Position numbers and translations under genes: made by a program. This document shows, in pieces, positions 59,601 to 64,000 of a DNA stretch of 64,000 nt. Location of the stretch: assembly GCA_002269645.1 (NCBI GenBank), contig NIVC01002773.1:1-64000 (forward strand), written 5' to 3'. Each line of letters opens with the position of its first letter. Positions within the stretch are counted from its first letter, which is position 1. The notes below the pieces were generated by a model. The model was not told where the DNA came from. It was given only the letters and a program-made list of their open reading frames with translations, and did not search any database. Origin of the DNA: Macrostomum lignano. Its lineage: Eukaryota.

Positions 59601-61453
59601 AATCTTCTATGATAGCAACTTTTCAATGTTGCTGAGTATATAAGCATACTACAACATTAAGCCCCCAATGATGGGTATTTAAATTAAAAATTCAAACATT
59701 AAAAACATTAAAAATTGTTTTTTGGGATATTTGACCTACTTCTAATTGGTATAAATTTTATATATCAATTTGCCAAATCAGTGGTACAACCAGGGAGAAG
59801 GGGCAAAGGGGGGAGGGATAGTCACCCTTGCCCCTTTAAGTGGAGACTAGAAAAAAATTAAAAGGAGGACCAAGCAAATTTTTGCCAAAAACAGAGCCAC
59901 CCCTCTGCCCTCCTACTCTTGGGTCTCCAGTCTTTACTCTCCAGAATCTGTCCCCCTCAAAAAATTTCTGCAATTTTCTGGTTAATGCTACTGTACTAAA
60001 TGAATCTAAATTAATTGGGCCCATTACTACCCTTATCTATATTTACACCACCTAGTTTTTTATTGATAAAAAATAAACAAACAAGATTAGAGCCATTTAG
60101 GGGGTTGATAAATTTTAGCCCAACTTTTTAACCCCATATGCAACCACTATTATCATTATCAATCATCTATCAAGCTAGTTGGTAAATGATAATAAAATTT
60201 AATTAATATTACAATAAAATTTCAAGCCTGCAGCGTTATAAAACTCTTTAGCTTTATTGTGAATATACATTCTACACTGTACATTGGCCAAAGAGAGGCC
60301 TAAATTGTTGAATAGAACAATTAAACTTAGAAACAGAGTGGTACCCATTGAAAGTATTAAAAATATCTTTTTCAATATTTGACCTATTTCATTCAAACTT
60401 TTTCTGACAAAAAGTAGGCTAGACAATTCTAAAAATATCAATGACAGACAAACAGAGCAAAATTAGTAAATAAATATAATGCAATTTTTAAAAAAAATTA
60501 AATTTAAACAAATAATAATATTTTTTCGCAAAAAACAGACATTTATAATTAGTTAAAACTCTTATATTCCTAAAAAAATATGTATAGTATTATTTTTAAA
60601 AGTTGGAATATAACATTGCCAATTGACGTCATTTGACTCGGTGGTACGAATTCAAATGTGAAAATAATTTACCGAACTCGGAAGTGTAGGATTGCCGCAA
60701 CTTTATTTTACTCTACTAAGCATGAAAGATTTTTTTATTTTACATTGCTGCAAAATTGAAAATGCTTGAATTTTTATTCCATCATAAGCCTGCCATGATA
60801 TGGACTATGGCTTATATATTAAATACCATAGTTTGGATCATGTATTAGTATATGCCGGGTCCAGTGGGGGAACAAGTATAGGTCAGTTGTGCTTTTGATG
60901 CAGGCCTAGTGAGTTAGCTAATATTAATAAAATATTAATGTTTGTATTGGCATTTCTACAATTCTTCAATTCTTAAATTCAATGAATACATACAAATAAT
61001 AAATGTAGTAGCCTTACTAATGACTAGGCCTATGCCAGGTTGCGGATGGTATGCATGTACGCCGGAACTTTTCCGGCGTACAAAACGGCCACCCTCAGTC
61101 CTTGGCGTACACAATCGGCGTACACAACCCCTGGCGCACTTTGTTGGCGTACACTATTGGCGTACACAAGTAACACAGCCACGCATACTTTTTTGGCGTA
61201 CAAATTTTGGTGAATCAATTCATGCCGTGCATGAAAATTGTAATGTAAATTAATGTTTTTACGTTAAGTAAAGGAAAATTTATATCGTCAGTGATAAACT
61301 TTTTGCTTATTTTAAGTTAAAAAAAATAAAATTAGTGTAAAATTTTGCTGAAAGTATTAACTTTGCATGATATTTTTTGTAGGTGTTATTTAAGTTTTTT
61401 TAAACTGACAATATTCGTAATATTTTAAAGACACTTTTCATACGAAAGCCTTT

Positions 61454-61489
61454 CCCAAGGACTTCTAGACTAGTCTAGAAGTCCTTGGG
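61454..61489. repeat. Perfect 36-bp palindrome
   Basis: CCCAAGGACTTCTAGACTAGTCTAGAAGTCCTTGGG equals its own reverse complement. Confidence 0.97.
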
Positions 61490-61697
61490 CAGAATCCGGA
61501 ACAGCAGCCAACGTGGTGGGTGCACACTGCACACTTTACCATTGACAAGGCACGTCCGGCTGCTGCACGAGTTCACTGCCCAGACTGTGCATGGGGTTAA
61601 AAACAGTTGTTAATCATATTTTACACTTGGTTTCGATACATGTAGGACCGCATAAGCAGATTAATTAGTACAGGATCGGAAATGATCGCAGACCACA

Positions 61698-61849
61698 CTA
61701 TAGCTTTCGGATCTTTGAATCTAAGGCGACAGTACAACCCGCAGCAAAAGAAACAAGCACGTCTGCAGTTGTGTTCATTTTATTTACCCAGCACACCTGC
61801 TGACAGAACCCTGAATCTGTATCATCAGTACCACTCTGTGTTTTTGATG
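61698..61849 (-). CDS. Possible second exon of a small secreted protein
   Basis: GGTTCAG|CA phase 1 joins the 62213-62273 exon in frame (..ASKTQSGTDDTDSGFCQQVCW..); may splice out earlier. Confidence 0.25.
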
Positions 61850-62212
61850 CTGAACCCCAAATACGAATATGATCGATTGCGGACAACAAGACCAAAACCA
61901 AGTTTTCGTTTTTCGCACAGTCGGTTTAATAATGGAAGACACATTTTTCACAGAACTCTACATTTTTCGGGTATATTATGAACATGTTTTTATATACAGG
62001 AACTTTTTAACTAACAAATTAATGTTTTAATTGAAGAAACTCGTTTTAATGGGACAAAAACATGCAGGACAGGGCACCTATGTTTCACTGAAATGTTTAA
62101 GGATCACATTTCACATGTTTTTACAAGATTAAATCAATATTGTCGCTTTAATAACTGTCGCTACTTTGCTTGTATTGAACATTGATGCAGATCACTAATA
62201 CACGCTGCTTAC

Positions 62213-62273
62213 CAGTAAGAAGTAGACTGAGTAGCACCAGCTGCAGTAGGAAGGTGCAAAGCTTCAGCGGCAT
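62213..62273 (-). CDS. Signal-peptide (or TM) encoding exon
   Basis: MPLKLCTFLLQLVLLSLLLT followed by donor ACTG|GTAAGC. Confidence 0.45.
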
Positions 62274-62760
62274 ATCGTACTCGTATCGATTTATTTAGTT
62301 TATAATTTTCAGATGCAGACGCTATTAATCTATTCTTCCTTTTTAGAGTAAGACGAGGATTTCCCCTTTTATCCCACTTTGCCTGTAGCTACGCCTTGTC
62401 TCTGTCGCTATAGTGCCTTGCTAGCGGAGATTCTCACTAAATAAACTACGATAGCATATTTAATTAATAAAAAATTGTGCTATTCTAAGCCGGGAATGTG
62501 TTGTCTATGGTAATTTTTGGTGAGATTATTTGACAAAAACTAGGATATTATCACAGAACTTATGATTTAGGACTTAGGATTTAGAGTTTGCACAAGTACT
62601 GCATTTGGAGTACAGTTACAATGTAATCGTCAGCACTCATCGAATTACACCTTAACTTACTCCAAATCTTAATCTTAAACGTAGTTTAAAGTAAATGGTT
62701 TTTTCTGAAAAACTCAAACAGCCGATTGCCAGCCTGTTGAGCATCAAGGGAGGTACTCAC

Positions 62761-63027
62761 ATTATAGACGTAGTCGTACCATGGCACTCTAAGCAAACGA
62801 GTCGACCCATTGTGCACAGAACTGAAAGCAAGCTGGCAGTCGTCCTCCGCTCCGAAATTCGCCAATTGGAGTGACGTCACATAATGCACCTCTTTGAATG
62901 AAATCTTGAGAATCTGCTGACTGGCATTGACCAGCTTCTCAACCGTGTAGTTGGCAGGTGAAATTGCGGCGCTAACTGCAATGACGGTTTCGGTAAAAAA
63001 TATGCCGCTTTCATTATAACTGACTTT
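62761..63027 (-). CDS. Internal exon of an unidentified, probably extracellular glycoprotein
   Basis: TTTTGCTCAG|AAA ... AAT|GTGAGT, 267 nt, phase 0-0, stop-free; N-glycosylation sequons NES, NYT, NAS, NGS. Confidence 0.5.
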
Positions 63028-63508
63028 CTGAGCAAAATTTAAATTTGCTAGACGAGCGTTGATGTATATTATCTAATATATTCCGCATCAAGAAAAATTT
63101 GCCGCATCCAGTTCGACTTATAGAAGATAAAACTAATAATAGATATTATTATCGCATTACTACTATTAGCAGCCATTGCCATTTTGGTGACGGGTGAGAA
63201 CTATTTTCAACGAGACGCTACATGATTACAACGGAAAGGCTATAAAAGCTTTGCAGCAAGTTCCCAGGGCAGTAAGCATTGTCGTACACAATATTGTCCG
63301 GTATAGCCACTGAATTTATTTGCAAATCATTAAGCTACGCCCAATATACATTCAGCCTTGCAATGCGAGAAATTTCCATAAGCTTTGAAAGACAATAAAA
63401 AACTTTCATAAACTTTTCTGTCCACCTCTTCTAGCAGAATATGTTTGCGCGGCCTCATGGCCTGTCAGCCATCAGCGCAGCGCTCTGCCCCTGCAAAATT
63501 TTCTACTA

Positions 63509-63712
63509 CACCTTTTCACGTTCAATTTTGATCAAAGTCCAGTTCTAAAAAAACTAGCGGAAATTCAATAAAAACAAACCCCAGTTCAAACATCTGTCTA
63601 TACTGCCACCGAAGCAAGGTTTAGCCATAGACAAAATTGTCCCCAGTCTGAATTGAACTTCCGCTAGTTTTTTTAGAACTGGACTTTGATCAAAATTGAA
63701 CGTGAAAAGGTG
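63509..63712. mobile_element. 204-bp MITE with ~60-bp TIRs and TA TSD (Tc1/mariner-like)
   Basis: TA|CACCTTTTCACGTTCAATTTTGATCAAAGTCCAGTTC... / ...GAACTGGACTTTGATCAAAATTGAACGTGAAAAGGTG|TA. Confidence 0.85.
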
Positions 63713-64000
63713 TAAACGGTATGGCTTTCTGCTAGGAAAATCATGCATCACAACCATGGATCAAAACTCTACCCTGGCTTCATTTAGCTCGTATCTAACC
63801 CAGCCACAATTCAATATATTTGAGTCAGAAGTCTATATACTAAAATTTTACAGCAAACAACGAAAATGATTTTTCAGTAGTCGCTTTCCAGTGAGTTTGG
63901 TTTTAAGAAGCGAGCATAGGTAGTTTTAATTTTTTTTATTAGCGAGCGAAGGTTGTGCGCAGAGACCATGGGGGATAAAATAATTCAAAACTACACACTT

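Noticed and set aside
1-64000. Hammerhead/HDV ribozymes, tRNAs, snRNAs
   Set aside because: No convincing CUGAUGA...GAAA core with flanking stems, cloverleaf or Sm-site RNA was recognised by eye; an Infernal/Rfam scan would be needed to exclude them

Overview
Eukaryotic (metazoan) genomic DNA with GC-rich coding exons, AT-rich intergenic DNA and introns largely filled by minisatellites. That architecture suggests a flatworm such as Macrostomum, but this is inference only. Four genes are well supported by recognisable protein motifs and in-phase splice junctions: tra2 (+, 19.9-23.9 kb), NELF-B/COBRA1 (+, 26.1-32.6 kb), an intronless rhodopsin-class peptide-type GPCR (+, 34.3-35.7 kb) and PBK/TOPK kinase (-, 46.3-48.7 kb). 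Mobile DNA comprises: (i) the 3' 7.6 kb of an LTR element with a gag-like ORF end, a -1 frameshift signal and a retropepsin, but no RT/RNase H/integrase, plus orphan ORFs, a PPT and a ~2.5 kb LTR; (ii) a full-length Helitron (-, 50.5-59.1 kb; RepHel with one nonsense and one frameshift lesion) and two non-autonomous relatives whose interiors are GA-rich tracts; (iii) several MITEs with TIRs and TSDs; (iv) LINE fragments. The most unusual observations are a 297-bp MITE carrying a 64-nt copy of the 28S rRNA R2/I-PpoI target region scrambled at the cut site, the pol-less gag-pro LTR element, a GAA-rich candidate poison exon behind tra2, and minisatellites that share sequence with a splice donor (NELF-B) and a stop codon (PBK). 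No CRISPR array, tRNA or intact rRNA gene was found. All homology calls are from motif recognition by eye; no database search was run.
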